64,000 nucleotides of DNA from Pedobacter sp. GTDB taxonomy: Bacteria; Desulfobacterota; Desulfuromonadia; Desulfuromonadales; Syntrophotaleaceae. Shown here piece by piece: positions 19,874 through 29,371 of the stretch. The notes below the pieces were generated by a model. That model worked only from the letters and a program-made list of their open reading frames with translations, was not told the origin of the DNA and searched no databases. Position 1 is the stretch's first letter, and each line of letters begins with the position of its first letter. Position numbers and translations under genes: made by a program. The DNA lies in assembly GCA_050253415.1 (NCBI GenBank), contig JBFWJC010000001.1:712679-776678 (forward strand), given 5' to 3'.

Positions 19874-20737
19874 TCAGATTCTGGTCGCCAGGCGCCGGGC
19901 AAAAAGGGTGTTGACGCGGGCCTGGATATCCGTAGCACCGACTGGAAGCACCGCGGAGTCGATGCCGACCCCGGCCAGTGCGCGCACGGTGCGTTCCCTG
20001 TCCCGACGCAGCAGGGCGTTGAACTCCTGAAGGCGGGAAAGATCCAGGTCCATTTGCTGGCCCGATTCCATATCCTGAAGCGTCAACAGGCCGCTGTCGA
20101 TGCCGGTCAGCCGGTATTCCGAGTCTTCAAGCACATGCAGGGCCACCATCTCATGGGCGGGAAAACGGCTGTCCGCCGCATCCATCAGACCTTTGAGATA
20201 GCCAAGGTCGGTGTGAAAATCGGAAATGATAACCCCGAGGCAGGAGGCCAGTCGTTTCATGACGAATTCCAGCGCCGGTGCCAGTCGGGTCTGCCGGTTT
20301 TTGGCTGCCGGGGCCTGCTGCAAGGCGTTGACGATGCGGTGAAACTGCCGTGGCGCGGCACTCGGAGGAATCCAGGTCAGGACCTTGTCGGCGAACAGCA
20401 GCAATCCGCAGGGATTGTTGGCGCGCAGGGCGGCGTGGGCCAGGGAAACGGCCAGGTCCTTAGCCATACCGAATTTGTTGCCGAAGTGCATGGAGCGGCT
20501 CACATCGCATATCAGTAGCAGGTTGTAGGCGCTGTCCTTGAGAAACTCACGCACGTGCAGTTCGCCGCTGCGTGCGCAGGCTTTCCAGTCGATACGGCTC
20601 CAGCTGTCGCCGGGCAGGTATTTACGCAACCCCCAGAACTCGTATCCGGTGCCCCGGTCAAGCCCGGCCCAGTCGCCCGCCATGTCGTTACGTGGGGGGT
20701 GTTTGAGCAGGATATCGAAACGATAGGGAGGTTTCAT
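19874..20737 (-). CDS. DUF58 / MxaS-like vWA-related protein
   Basis: GYEFWGLRKYLPGDSWSRIDWKA, DVSRSM, IISDF; follows moxR. Confidence 0.9.
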   Translation of the reverse strand: MKPPYRFDILLKHPPRNDMAGDWAGLDRGTGYEFWGLRKYLPGDSWSRIDWKACARSGELHVREFLKDSAYNLLLICDVSRSMHFGNKFGMAKDLAVSLAHAALRANNPCGLLLFADKVLTWIPPSAAPRQFHRIVNALQQAPAAKNRQTRLAPALEFVMKRLASCLGVIISDFHTDLGYLKGLMDAADSRFPAHEMVALHVLEDSEYRLTGIDSGLLTLQDMESGQQMDLDLSRLQEFNALLRRDRERTVRALAGVGIDSAVLPVGATDIQARVNTLFARRLATRI

Positions 20738-20764
20738 GGCTCAGAGTTGCTCCGTGAGACTGTC

Positions 20765-21784
20765 TTAAGCATAAGGGTCCACCGAACGTACGATATCCCG
20801 CAACAGGTCGGCGGCATGAATGCCCTCGAGAATCGCCGAGTCGCTGAGGATCAGGCGATGTCCGAGAACCTGGGCGGCACAGGCGTCGACATCTTCAAAG
20901 GCCACATAGTCCCGCCCGCGCAAAAAGGCAAATCCTTTGCAATAGGCGATAATATGCTCGCCGGCACGCGGCGAGACTCCCACCGAGACGTAATCGCGTA
21001 CCGCCGGAGGCGCTACGTTTGACTGGGGGCGGGTGCGCAGGCAGATTTCGAGAATATAAGCCACTACGGCCTCTGAAACGGTGACGTGATGAGCAACATG
21101 CTGCTGCATGGCGACGACTTCGTCCGGTTGCAGCAGGCACGGTACCGCTTTTTGCAACTCTTCGAAGTTGGTGCTCTTTTTCCTGAGCAGTTGTTCCTCA
21201 AACTCCCTGGGAGGGTAGGTCAGGGTCACCTTGGCGATAAACCGGTCGAGTTGCGCCTCCGACAGGGGGTAGGTGCCGAGCTGTTCCACCGGATTCATGG
21301 TGGCCAGCACCATGAACAATTCAGGCAGTTGGTATTGGTCGCGGTCGATGCTGACCCGCTTTTCCTGCATCGCCTCAAGCAGCGCCGATTGCACCTTGGG
21401 CGCCGCGCGGTTGATCTCATCAGCCAGCAGAATGTTGCAGAACACCGGCCCCTGATGAAAGGTGAAGGCGCCGGTAGCCTGGTTGAAAACGGTGGTGCCG
21501 GTGATGTCGCTGGGCAGCTTGTCCGGCGTGAATTGAATGCGCTTGAATTCGCCACCGATGGTGCGGGCGAAGGTGCCCACCGTGAGGCTTTTTGCCAGCC
21601 CCGGCACCCCCTCCAGCAGAATGTGACCCCGGGACAGAAGAGTGCAGATAATGGCTTCGATCATCGCTTCCTGGCCGATGATGATTTTGCCGATTTCCTC
21701 TTCGACCTGCTGAATCTTGGTGCGGAACGTTTCCGCCGAAAAGGTTGCTGCAGTCGGGGAGGTATTGTTGGCGGTAGGATTCAT
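20765..21784 (-). CDS. moxR: MoxR-family AAA+ ATPase (MxaR-like)
   Basis: GHILLEGVPGLAKS, RIQFTPD, LLADEINRAAPKVQSALLEAMQE, GTYPLSEAQLDRF; ATG 21784 after GGAGG. Confidence 0.95.
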   Translation of the reverse strand: MNPTANNTSPTAATFSAETFRTKIQQVEEEIGKIIIGQEAMIEAIICTLLSRGHILLEGVPGLAKSLTVGTFARTIGGEFKRIQFTPDKLPSDITGTTVFNQATGAFTFHQGPVFCNILLADEINRAAPKVQSALLEAMQEKRVSIDRDQYQLPELFMVLATMNPVEQLGTYPLSEAQLDRFIAKVTLTYPPREFEEQLLRKKSTNFEELQKAVPCLLQPDEVVAMQQHVAHHVTVSEAVVAYILEICLRTRPQSNVAPPAVRDYVSVGVSPRAGEHIIAYCKGFAFLRGRDYVAFEDVDACAAQVLGHRLILSDSAILEGIHAADLLRDIVRSVDPYA

Positions 21785-21842
21785 GACAGTGCTGCCTCCA
21801 GCTATAACGGTCGTCGACCGGCTGTTGGTCGGTCGAAAAGAT

Positions 21843-22898
21843 TTAGAAAAATACAAATTTGCGGCGGTCACGGATGATCAGGTAGAGAAAAAACGGCCCG
21901 CCGAGCAGTGCGGTCAATACTCCGATACGCAGCCCGCCGCTGCCCCAGACACGCACCACGCAGTCCGAATAGATTACCAGAGCTCCCCCCAGCACACCGG
22001 CGGCAGGGATAAGCACCCGGTTGTCCGAGCCGACAAAGCTGCGCATGATGTGCGGCGCGACCAGGCCTACGAAGCCGATGGCGCCGGATACTGCAATGGC
22101 GCCGCCGGTCAGCAACGCGGAGATAAACAGCAGCATGTTGCGGGATAGGGTTACATTGACGCCGAGGTTGGCGGCGATTTCCTCGCTGAGCATCATGATG
22201 TTGAGATCGCGGGCGTAAAGCATCGACCACAAGGTCCCGATCAGAGTGATGATAAGCACGATATGCACATGCTGCCAACTGCGGTTGGTCAGATCCCCCA
22301 TCAACCAGCCCACGATCTGGCGTGCCATCTCGAACTGGTCCGTCGACAGCACGATGACCAGCGATGTCAGGGCGCCGAAAATAGCATTGAAGGCGATGCC
22401 GGCCAGCAGCAACGTATAGCGCGAGGTCAGTCCGCCGCTGGTGGCGATGCCCAGCACGATCAGCATCGACAAAAAGGCGAACAGGATGGCAAACGACGGT
22501 ACCGCGTAGATGCTGGTGGCGGCCAGACCGGCGTAGATGGCCGTTACCGCACCCAGCGCCGCGCCGGAACTGGTACCGATGACCCCCGGACTGGCCATGG
22601 GGTTTTTGAAGATGCCCTGCATGATGGTCCCCGCGGCGCCCAGCGCGAATCCGACCAACGCACCGGTCAGGGTGCGTGGAACCCGTCCCAGCCAGACGAT
22701 GGCTTCCAAAGCTGGATCCGTCACCATATCGAGACGCAGAACCTTGGCCGCCAGGATGCGGCCGATATCCTGCAGGCTGACCTCCCAGGGGCCGATGCGG
22801 ACCGACAGAAACATGCCGACAAGTAGCAGTGCCAATGCGGCCGAGCATGCCATCAGGCTGGTGATAAAAAAATGCCGGCGATCAGAACGACGATTCAT
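21843..22898 (-). CDS. FecCD/BtuC-type ABC permease (probably cobalamin)
   Basis: RVPRTLTGALVG, QGIFKNPMASP, GAIGFVGLVAPH, GGPFF. Confidence 0.9.
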   Translation of the reverse strand: MNRRSDRRHFFITSLMACSAALALLLVGMFLSVRIGPWEVSLQDIGRILAAKVLRLDMVTDPALEAIVWLGRVPRTLTGALVGFALGAAGTIMQGIFKNPMASPGVIGTSSGAALGAVTAIYAGLAATSIYAVPSFAILFAFLSMLIVLGIATSGGLTSRYTLLLAGIAFNAIFGALTSLVIVLSTDQFEMARQIVGWLMGDLTNRSWQHVHIVLIITLIGTLWSMLYARDLNIMMLSEEIAANLGVNVTLSRNMLLFISALLTGGAIAVSGAIGFVGLVAPHIMRSFVGSDNRVLIPAAGVLGGALVIYSDCVVRVWGSGGLRIGVLTALLGGPFFLYLIIRDRRKFVFF

Positions 22899-23955
22899 AA
22901 ATTAATCCCGCCAGGTAGTTGATGCTGGCGACCAAATATTGTGAAGAACTAAGTAAGTAAACCGTTGGCATCTTGCGGATGTTCTTCTGCCGTACCGCGC
23001 GTGCCGTGGCCAGGATCTTCTGGCTGTAAAGTTGCAGGTCAAAGGTGCTTTCTTCCGGCACGATAATCACATCCGGATTCCATTGCAGCAGGGTTTCGTA
23101 GTCAATCTGCTTGAAGTTGTGAATCCCCTTAACTGCGGCGATGTTGGTCACTCCCAAAGCCTGGCACATGCTGTTAAATGTGGTGCCCGAACCAGCCACG
23201 TAGGCCATATTATCGTAATACAGCACGGTCGGCGGTTTGCTCACGGGCCCTCTTCGCTGCCGCACCACTGCTTGGATATCGCGCAGCTTTTCGGTCATGA
23301 CGGAAACCAGGCGCTGCGCCGAGGCTTCTTCGCCGGTCAGGCGTCCGGCCAGCACAATCTGATCCTTGATGGCATCAAGATCGTCGAAAAACCCGAACTG
23401 CGCCAAAGGCACATGCGCGGTGCGCAGCTGGTGCAGAAAGTTTTCGTTGGAAAAGAACGACGCCAACACCAGATCCGGACGGTAGCCGATGACGATTTCC
23501 GCATCGTCGGTGCCGTAGGTCGGCAGGTCGGCCGGCAGCAGCGGTGCCAAAAACGAGAACTGTCGATCCTTGCAGCTTTTGTGCACAGCGACCAGGCGCT
23601 CATGCGGTACAATGGCCCACAAAATTTCCGTCAGACCTGTTGCGTGGGGAATAATGCGCTGCGGCTGCCGCGCAAGGGTAATCGATCGTTCCTCATCATG
23701 TTTCTGGTCTGAAACGAAATCATAGCGTACAAAGCGATAGGATACGGTGCGGGGATAGCTCTCCGCCGTAACAGGTGTCGGTTGCCGGGTGTCGCTCAGT
23801 GATCCCATCAGCGCATCCATCTCCAGAGGAAACTTGCGGGCACCGCGGGCGTTTTCCGCCGCGGTACAAGCGCCTCCCAGCAGCATCGTCAGCAACGCAG
23901 CTCCCAAAATCCCTGTCAAGGCATGCTTAACGATAGAACAACAGCGAAACGCCAT
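22882..23955 (-). CDS. BtuF/FepB-type periplasmic binding protein (start uncertain)
   Basis: QPQRIIP..TEILWAI, EIVIGYRPDLVL, GSGTTF, ETLLQWNPDVII. Confidence 0.8.
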   Translation of the reverse strand: MAFRCCSIVKHALTGILGAALLTMLLGGACTAAENARGARKFPLEMDALMGSLSDTRQPTPVTAESYPRTVSYRFVRYDFVSDQKHDEERSITLARQPQRIIPHATGLTEILWAIVPHERLVAVHKSCKDRQFSFLAPLLPADLPTYGTDDAEIVIGYRPDLVLASFFSNENFLHQLRTAHVPLAQFGFFDDLDAIKDQIVLAGRLTGEEASAQRLVSVMTEKLRDIQAVVRQRRGPVSKPPTVLYYDNMAYVAGSGTTFNSMCQALGVTNIAAVKGIHNFKQIDYETLLQWNPDVIIVPEESTFDLQLYSQKILATARAVRQKNIRKMPTVYLLSSSQYLVASINYLAGLIYESSF

Positions 23956-24703
23956 GTTCGGTTGCGATTTCCTCCACGCCGACATGGAAAACCTCCTTGA
24001 TGCGTTGTTCGGCAAATCCTTGTTCGGCCTTGCCGTGGTAATAGACGCTGCCCTGTTGCAGCAGGGTTACGGTGTCGCAGTAACGTCGCGCCAGGTCGAG
24101 ATCGTGGATACTGATGAGAATGGTTTTACCCGCATCGCGCAGGCTGGTCAGCAATTCCATGATTTCGAGCTTGTGCAGAATATCCAGGGCGCTGGTCGGC
24201 TCGTCGAGCAGAATGATCGGTGCTTCGGTGGCCAGCGCGCGCGCTAGACTGACCAACTGCGCCTCGCCGCCCGACAGTTCGTTGATAAGCCGGTTGCGGA
24301 AGATGTCGGTGCCGGTGACCACCAGGGCCTGGTCGATGATATCCATATCTTTCTGGCGCAGCCACTGCAGCCGTTTCAGGTGCGGATGGCGGCCCATGGC
24401 GACAAAGTCGGATACCATAATGGAAAAATCGAGGCGCGTGTCCTGCTGTACCAGGGTCACCATCTGGCTGAGAGATTTGCGGGGGATGCGGCGATAATCC
24501 CGCCCCTCGATCAAAACCCGGCCGTTTTGCGGTTCCCAGATGCGGCAGATGTTGCGCAGCAGCGTGCTCTTGCCGGAACCGTTGGGCCCGATCAGTCCAT
24601 GGATGCCCCCGGCGGCAAAGTGGCAGCTGATGTCTTTAAGAATAGCATGGCCACCGATGGAAAAATCGAGCTTGTCAATCTGCAGGATCGGTTGATCGGT
24701 CAT
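23927..24703 (-). CDS. BtuD/FecE-type ABC ATPase
   Basis: GPNGSGKS, LSGGE, LLDEPTSALD, IHDLDLA. Confidence 0.92.
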   Translation of the reverse strand: MTDQPILQIDKLDFSIGGHAILKDISCHFAAGGIHGLIGPNGSGKSTLLRNICRIWEPQNGRVLIEGRDYRRIPRKSLSQMVTLVQQDTRLDFSIMVSDFVAMGRHPHLKRLQWLRQKDMDIIDQALVVTGTDIFRNRLINELSGGEAQLVSLARALATEAPIILLDEPTSALDILHKLEIMELLTSLRDAGKTILISIHDLDLARRYCDTVTLLQQGSVYYHGKAEQGFAEQRIKEVFHVGVEEIATEHGVSLLFYR

Positions 24704-25521
24704 TCTTCCTCGTGTTCCCGGCTTTTAAGAGTCAGTTTCCAGGCCAGCGGCAAGCTGAATTTGGATACGGCGGTCAGCAGCGTGCCGCACAGCACGATGC
24801 TCCACATGATGCCGTGCCCCAGCCGGTCCTGAAACAGGCCGGTGGTTAAAGTCGTTCCCCATAACAGCGTCAACCCGGCGAATAACTGAATATTCTGGCT
24901 CATGGCATGAATGCCCCAGAAATTTTCGGAAATCCGGCTCAATCGGCCATTGCGCAATTTAATTTCAATGAGTTTAAACCAGATGCGTCCTTCCGCCACC
25001 TGGGCCGAGCCGTCGCAGATGTGATGCAACAGGTACAGGGCAATGAGGACATAACGTCCCGCAGCCATATCGCCGAACAGCCCGGTGAACAAGGGCGGGT
25101 AACACAGCAACAGCAATATCGCTCCCAGCGCCTGCCCACCACCCACCAGGGCCATGGCTCGCACCAGGCCTCGTACCTGGGTGTTGATATCCGGAAAGCT
25201 TTCCAGATAATCGACAAACGAAGAAACCTTGACGTTGCTGATAAACGTGATCCCCGGATAAAAGTATTTTGTCAGCACGCCAAGAATCGCCGCCACCCTG
25301 AATTCGGTCTGGGCCATGGAGAACATGGTGTAGAGCACCGCCCCTTCAAGAATGCTCTTGCCCAAAGTGTACAACAGGTTGCCGATCTCGCCATAGCGAT
25401 AATAAGGACTTAGCCCCATGGCCTGGAACCAGAGGGAAGTTTTATGCGCGACATCGCGCCACAGGGAGCGGGGTGCTGGGCGTGGATTGGCGATGGCAGT
25501 TTTCACGGCGGTCTCAGGCAT
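24700..25521 (-). CDS. Uncharacterised ~6-TM membrane protein, copy 1 (half-MFS-like)
   Basis: Hydrophobic ORF; close paralog at 55379-56206; ATGA overlap with the ABC ATPase. Confidence 0.8.
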   Translation of the reverse strand: MPETAVKTAIANPRPAPRSLWRDVAHKTSLWFQAMGLSPYYRYGEIGNLLYTLGKSILEGAVLYTMFSMAQTEFRVAAILGVLTKYFYPGITFISNVKVSSFVDYLESFPDINTQVRGLVRAMALVGGGQALGAILLLLCYPPLFTGLFGDMAAGRYVLIALYLLHHICDGSAQVAEGRIWFKLIEIKLRNGRLSRISENFWGIHAMSQNIQLFAGLTLLWGTTLTTGLFQDRLGHGIMWSIVLCGTLLTAVSKFSLPLAWKLTLKSREHEEE

Positions 25522-25691
25522 AGGCGTATCCCGGTTGCGTTAGAAAGCCGGGCCGCTTGAAGGCGGCCCGACCTGGAATTTTGCAGAGTCCAGCGCTTCG
25601 ACCGAATGCGGGGGGTCGAAAAGCTAATGGTGAGGTGGGGGGAAGAGATGGCCCGGGGCGAACCCCGGGCCGATTACAAAGGGTAGAGAGC

Positions 25692-27959
25692 TTACATTTC
25701 CTTCAGCAGTTTAACCGTCTGGCGGGCTGCTTCAGCAGGAACCAGACCGGTATCGGAAATACCGGACAAAACCTTGGAAGAGTCGTGGTCGACAGTACCT
25801 GCTTTAGCCCAGGTGCTGGGAGCGACTTTGACCAGATAAGCGGAGAAGGCATGATGGCCGCTACCCGGGCGTTCGCCGATGAGATGAACAATGGCCTTAG
25901 GAGTGGTGCCAGCTTTGGTAAACAAAACTTCACCAGCTTTGTAGCCAGCGCGAACGCGGCCGCCGGTCACGACGATGTTTTTATCGGACAGGGTCAATCC
26001 GGCTTTTTTGCACTGTTTTTTCAGTTCGTTCAGGTAAGGCATCAGGTGCCCATCATCCATGATCGCCTTGGCGTTCAGACCGTCGGAGATGACAACCTGT
26101 ACGTCAGGGGCTTTGTTGCCCCAAGAGGCAGACAGTTTGCCCAGGGTGGCAACAGCCGCGTCGGACAACTCTTCACCGGTGCCCGGTGCGGAGATGTAGT
26201 TTTCGCGATCGTGAGCCTGAGATTTAATGCTCACGGCATTGGGGATGGAACCGATGAATTCAGGAGTGAACTCGGCCCACAGGCTGATTTTGGCGTCGTC
26301 ATACAGGTCGTGGATACGCTTGTTGGTGACAGGTTCCAGATCCCATACGTTTTCGCCATAGCCTACGGCCAGGTCGACACCGCGGCTGCGTACGTTTTTA
26401 ATGGATTGCTGGCCTTCAGCATAGATTTCCTTGAAGGAGCGGGTGTCACCTTTGGCCTGACGGAATTTGTAGTAAACCCAGGCAGGATCGCCAAAGTGCT
26501 TGGTCGGTTTGCCGTTGGCGTCGATGACTTCGATTTTTTTGTAGAAGTCCCACATGGCGTCGTTGACTTTAAAGCCGAATTTTTCGCGCAGGCGCACGTG
26601 GTCCTGGAAACCGGTGGTCAGGTAGCTGAGCATCGGGTCGTTACGGGTCGGCAGAGCCATCAGGTAGGCCGGGTTGGCCGGGGCGATCTGATCCTGGCAC
26701 CAGGCCAGGTCGTCGAGGGTTACAGGCATATGCAGGGTCGAGCAGATGTCGAGACCCAGCACCAGGCCGTGCAGTTTACCCATGACGATGTCTTCCAGAC
26801 AGGCGCGTACCAGCTGTTCGCGGGTTTTGAAGACCTCGGGACCGATGAAGCCGGCCACGTCGTTGACGTGCAGCCATACCTGATCCTCGGTGACGCCCTT
26901 GGCTTTGGCGATTTCCTGTTTCAGGGCGCGAGAGAACCCGTATTTACGGGACTCGTGGACGACCATGTCGAAGCCGTGGCCGTGACCGTTGGTGTAGTCG
27001 GCACCCTGGCCGGTTTCGAAATAGAGGCCGTAGGGACCCTTACGCATTTTTGCGTAGTCGATCATTTTCTGGATGGTCAGGTCGAAGGTCTTGTTGGCGC
27101 TTTCGGTACCGGCGAGGCTCTGGAACCAGATAGCGGTGGAGCCGGGCTTGGCTTCTTCCGCGGCAGCCTGACCGTCGATGTGGGACAAAACACACCAGGG
27201 GATGGTTTTTTCCAGGCCGAAAGCATCGACGATTTCTTTAAGACCTTCTTCGACGCGCAGGGTTGCTTCGAGTTGGCTGTCGACCGGGTTGGTACCGATG
27301 ACGATGTCACCGACGCCATAGGCGAAGCCATTAAGCGTCTGCATCTGAATGTCTTCTTTGTTGTCGGTCGGCGAGTTGGGCTGAATGCGGGCGCCGATGT
27401 AACCCTTAGCGCCGATTTTGGTGCCGGGCAGGGTGTTGAAAATCTTCTGGCCAATGCGGGTCAGTTCGGCGTTGGACATCAGTTTGACCACGGAACCGAT
27501 CACATCGCTGTGCAGACCGCCCATAATGGCTTTGATGTCTGCTTCGGGCTTGGTGAGCAGAAAGTTTTTCAGCTCGCCCATGGTCATGTTTTTGATTTTG
27601 TTGTATTTAGCCTTGTCGGTGGTTTGGCGGATCAGGGTGTCCTGGCCATCCACGAACAGCGAATGATCGTTGAGGTCCTTGATCTTGGTGTTGGCCAGCA
27701 ATTTGCGGGCGTTTTCGCGGTCCGCTTCGGTGTCTGCCGCTACCCCGAGGGCCTCGTCGCCTTCTTTAAAGGCATTGGCGGCGCCGATTACCTGCTGATA
27801 GGTGGTTTGGTCAAACTTCCCTTTGGTGCGATTGATGTACTGCATGACGTCTTCACCGGGCTTGACGCTGCCGATGGTGACGGCTCCGGCCATGCTGGCC
27901 AGAAAGGTCATTACCAGTGCGCCGGTAATGCCTGCCACGAATTTCCCCTTTTGTAACAT
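25692..27959 (-). CDS. eutBC: Fused ethanolamine ammonia-lyase large+small subunit with signal peptide, copy 1
   Basis: EutB motifs RIQPN, GDIVIGTNPV, LYFETGQG, VNDVAGFIGPE, DPMLSY; EutC motifs VVISDGL, GRVRAG, LIGERPG. ATG 27959 after GGAGG; N-terminus MLQKGKFVAGITGALVMTFLASMAGA. Confidence 0.92.
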   Translation of the reverse strand: MLQKGKFVAGITGALVMTFLASMAGAVTIGSVKPGEDVMQYINRTKGKFDQTTYQQVIGAANAFKEGDEALGVAADTEADRENARKLLANTKIKDLNDHSLFVDGQDTLIRQTTDKAKYNKIKNMTMGELKNFLLTKPEADIKAIMGGLHSDVIGSVVKLMSNAELTRIGQKIFNTLPGTKIGAKGYIGARIQPNSPTDNKEDIQMQTLNGFAYGVGDIVIGTNPVDSQLEATLRVEEGLKEIVDAFGLEKTIPWCVLSHIDGQAAAEEAKPGSTAIWFQSLAGTESANKTFDLTIQKMIDYAKMRKGPYGLYFETGQGADYTNGHGHGFDMVVHESRKYGFSRALKQEIAKAKGVTEDQVWLHVNDVAGFIGPEVFKTREQLVRACLEDIVMGKLHGLVLGLDICSTLHMPVTLDDLAWCQDQIAPANPAYLMALPTRNDPMLSYLTTGFQDHVRLREKFGFKVNDAMWDFYKKIEVIDANGKPTKHFGDPAWVYYKFRQAKGDTRSFKEIYAEGQQSIKNVRSRGVDLAVGYGENVWDLEPVTNKRIHDLYDDAKISLWAEFTPEFIGSIPNAVSIKSQAHDRENYISAPGTGEELSDAAVATLGKLSASWGNKAPDVQVVISDGLNAKAIMDDGHLMPYLNELKKQCKKAGLTLSDKNIVVTGGRVRAGYKAGEVLFTKAGTTPKAIVHLIGERPGSGHHAFSAYLVKVAPSTWAKAGTVDHDSSKVLSGISDTGLVPAEAARQTVKLLKEM

Positions 27960-28082
27960 TCTGTTACCTCCGTCTCGTTTGATGGGGGTGCTATCCGGTC
28001 TGCGACAAACGTCGCAGGCGGAGCATGATGAGGTTAAAGTGTGGGAGATGTCTTTGATGATCAGCAACACCTCCCACAGCGC

Positions 28083-29201
28083 TTACTTACGCAGCTGCTT
28101 TGCTGCTTCCCACATTTCGTTGAAGGCCTGCTCGGTCTCGTCGCTGAGAACTCGCCACAGGGCTACGGTTTTGAAGTAGGCTTCGTCGCCTACGTGGAAC
28201 ATAGCTTTTTCCTCGGCATTGAGGATGTCGCCGGTGTCGGCCATGACAGGTGAAACACCCTGAGATTTGACAACGTCAGCCTGGCGTGCGGGATCGAGGG
28301 AGAAGTTGATCCATTCTTCGGCCAGGGTTTTGGTCATGTCCTTGGCGCCGGCGCCCACATACCAAGCGTCGATCCAGGCTGTACCGCCTTCGGCAGGGGT
28401 TGCCAGGCGCCAGTTGCCGCCTTTAAGGTTGGCGGCCTGGGCGGCGAAACCCCAGGTGGTGGCCAGTGCCAGTTCGGGGAATTCATCCGGATTGGCGGCG
28501 CCGTCCCACAGGCTCTTGGCATTTTTGGCCAGATCGTTGAGTTTTTCCTGAACCTTGGCGCGGTCGAGCTTGTTGATGTCGAAGATATCTTCATAGCCGT
28601 AACCGAGCGCCAGAGCCGAGATCCAGACATTAACCTTGGGGAAGTTATTGTTGATGGTGTACTGACCGGCATACTGGGGTTCCCACAGTACGTTCCAGCT
28701 GGTCGGGGCTTGGGCTACCTTGTCGCGGTTATATGCCAGACCGTAGGGGCCGCAGTTGTAAGGCACTCCGTAGCGCACGCCGTTATAGAAAGGCGTCTGG
28801 TCGTTGCGGAATACTTCCATCATTTTGGCCAGGTTGGGGATGTTGTTCACATCCACGGGCTGCACGTATTGCTGGCCTTCCTGGTAGGAGAAGAAACGCG
28901 GGATCTTGGGCAGTTCGATCGGCGGAGAGATCAAATCCGCGGTGTTGTCTTTGACGGCCTGGAAGAATTCGTCCTGGTCGGTCGGGTTGAAAATCTCGAC
29001 ATTGACATCGACGTTGTATTTGTCTTTGACCAGTTTCTGGAAATCCTCTACGTAGGGTTTGGCATAGCCGCCCCAGCAGGTAATGCGCAATGTTTCTTTT
29101 TGGGTCTCTGCCTTTTTGGTGCAGGCGGGGGTCAACAACAGGGCGCCTGCGGCCACTACGGCTGCGGTTGCGGAAACGGCTCCCCACAAAGTTTTCTTCA
29201 T
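28083..29201 (-). CDS. PotD/PotF-like solute-binding lipoprotein, copy 1
   Basis: Lipobox-like TPAC, LRITCWGGY, YGLAYNRD, PTSWNVLW, PAEGGTAWID, AEEWINF. Confidence 0.85.
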   Translation of the reverse strand: MKKTLWGAVSATAAVVAAGALLLTPACTKKAETQKETLRITCWGGYAKPYVEDFQKLVKDKYNVDVNVEIFNPTDQDEFFQAVKDNTADLISPPIELPKIPRFFSYQEGQQYVQPVDVNNIPNLAKMMEVFRNDQTPFYNGVRYGVPYNCGPYGLAYNRDKVAQAPTSWNVLWEPQYAGQYTINNNFPKVNVWISALALGYGYEDIFDINKLDRAKVQEKLNDLAKNAKSLWDGAANPDEFPELALATTWGFAAQAANLKGGNWRLATPAEGGTAWIDAWYVGAGAKDMTKTLAEEWINFSLDPARQADVVKSQGVSPVMADTGDILNAEEKAMFHVGDEAYFKTVALWRVLSDETEQAFNEMWEAAKQLRK

Positions 29202-29371
29202 GATGTTCCTCCTGGCATGCGTCGTTTTCAGGAAAAGGGTGGTCCGGTTTGTACGCCAAAAATTCCGAGTTGCCTTTGTGGGCGAGCTGCGGAAATGGGG
29301 GCGAGGGCAATTCGTTCGCCTCTCGCCCCGTTGGTTGATCGGGGCGGTTGACGCCCATACTTCTTCTGAAC

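Noticed and set aside
25557..27956. 799-aa plus-strand ORF (also 56353-58644, 58849-60000, 40889-42403, 47617-48825, 51533-52747)
   Set aside because: Antisense shadows of eutBC, SBP, cbpB, cbiP and cobT, caused by GC codon bias.
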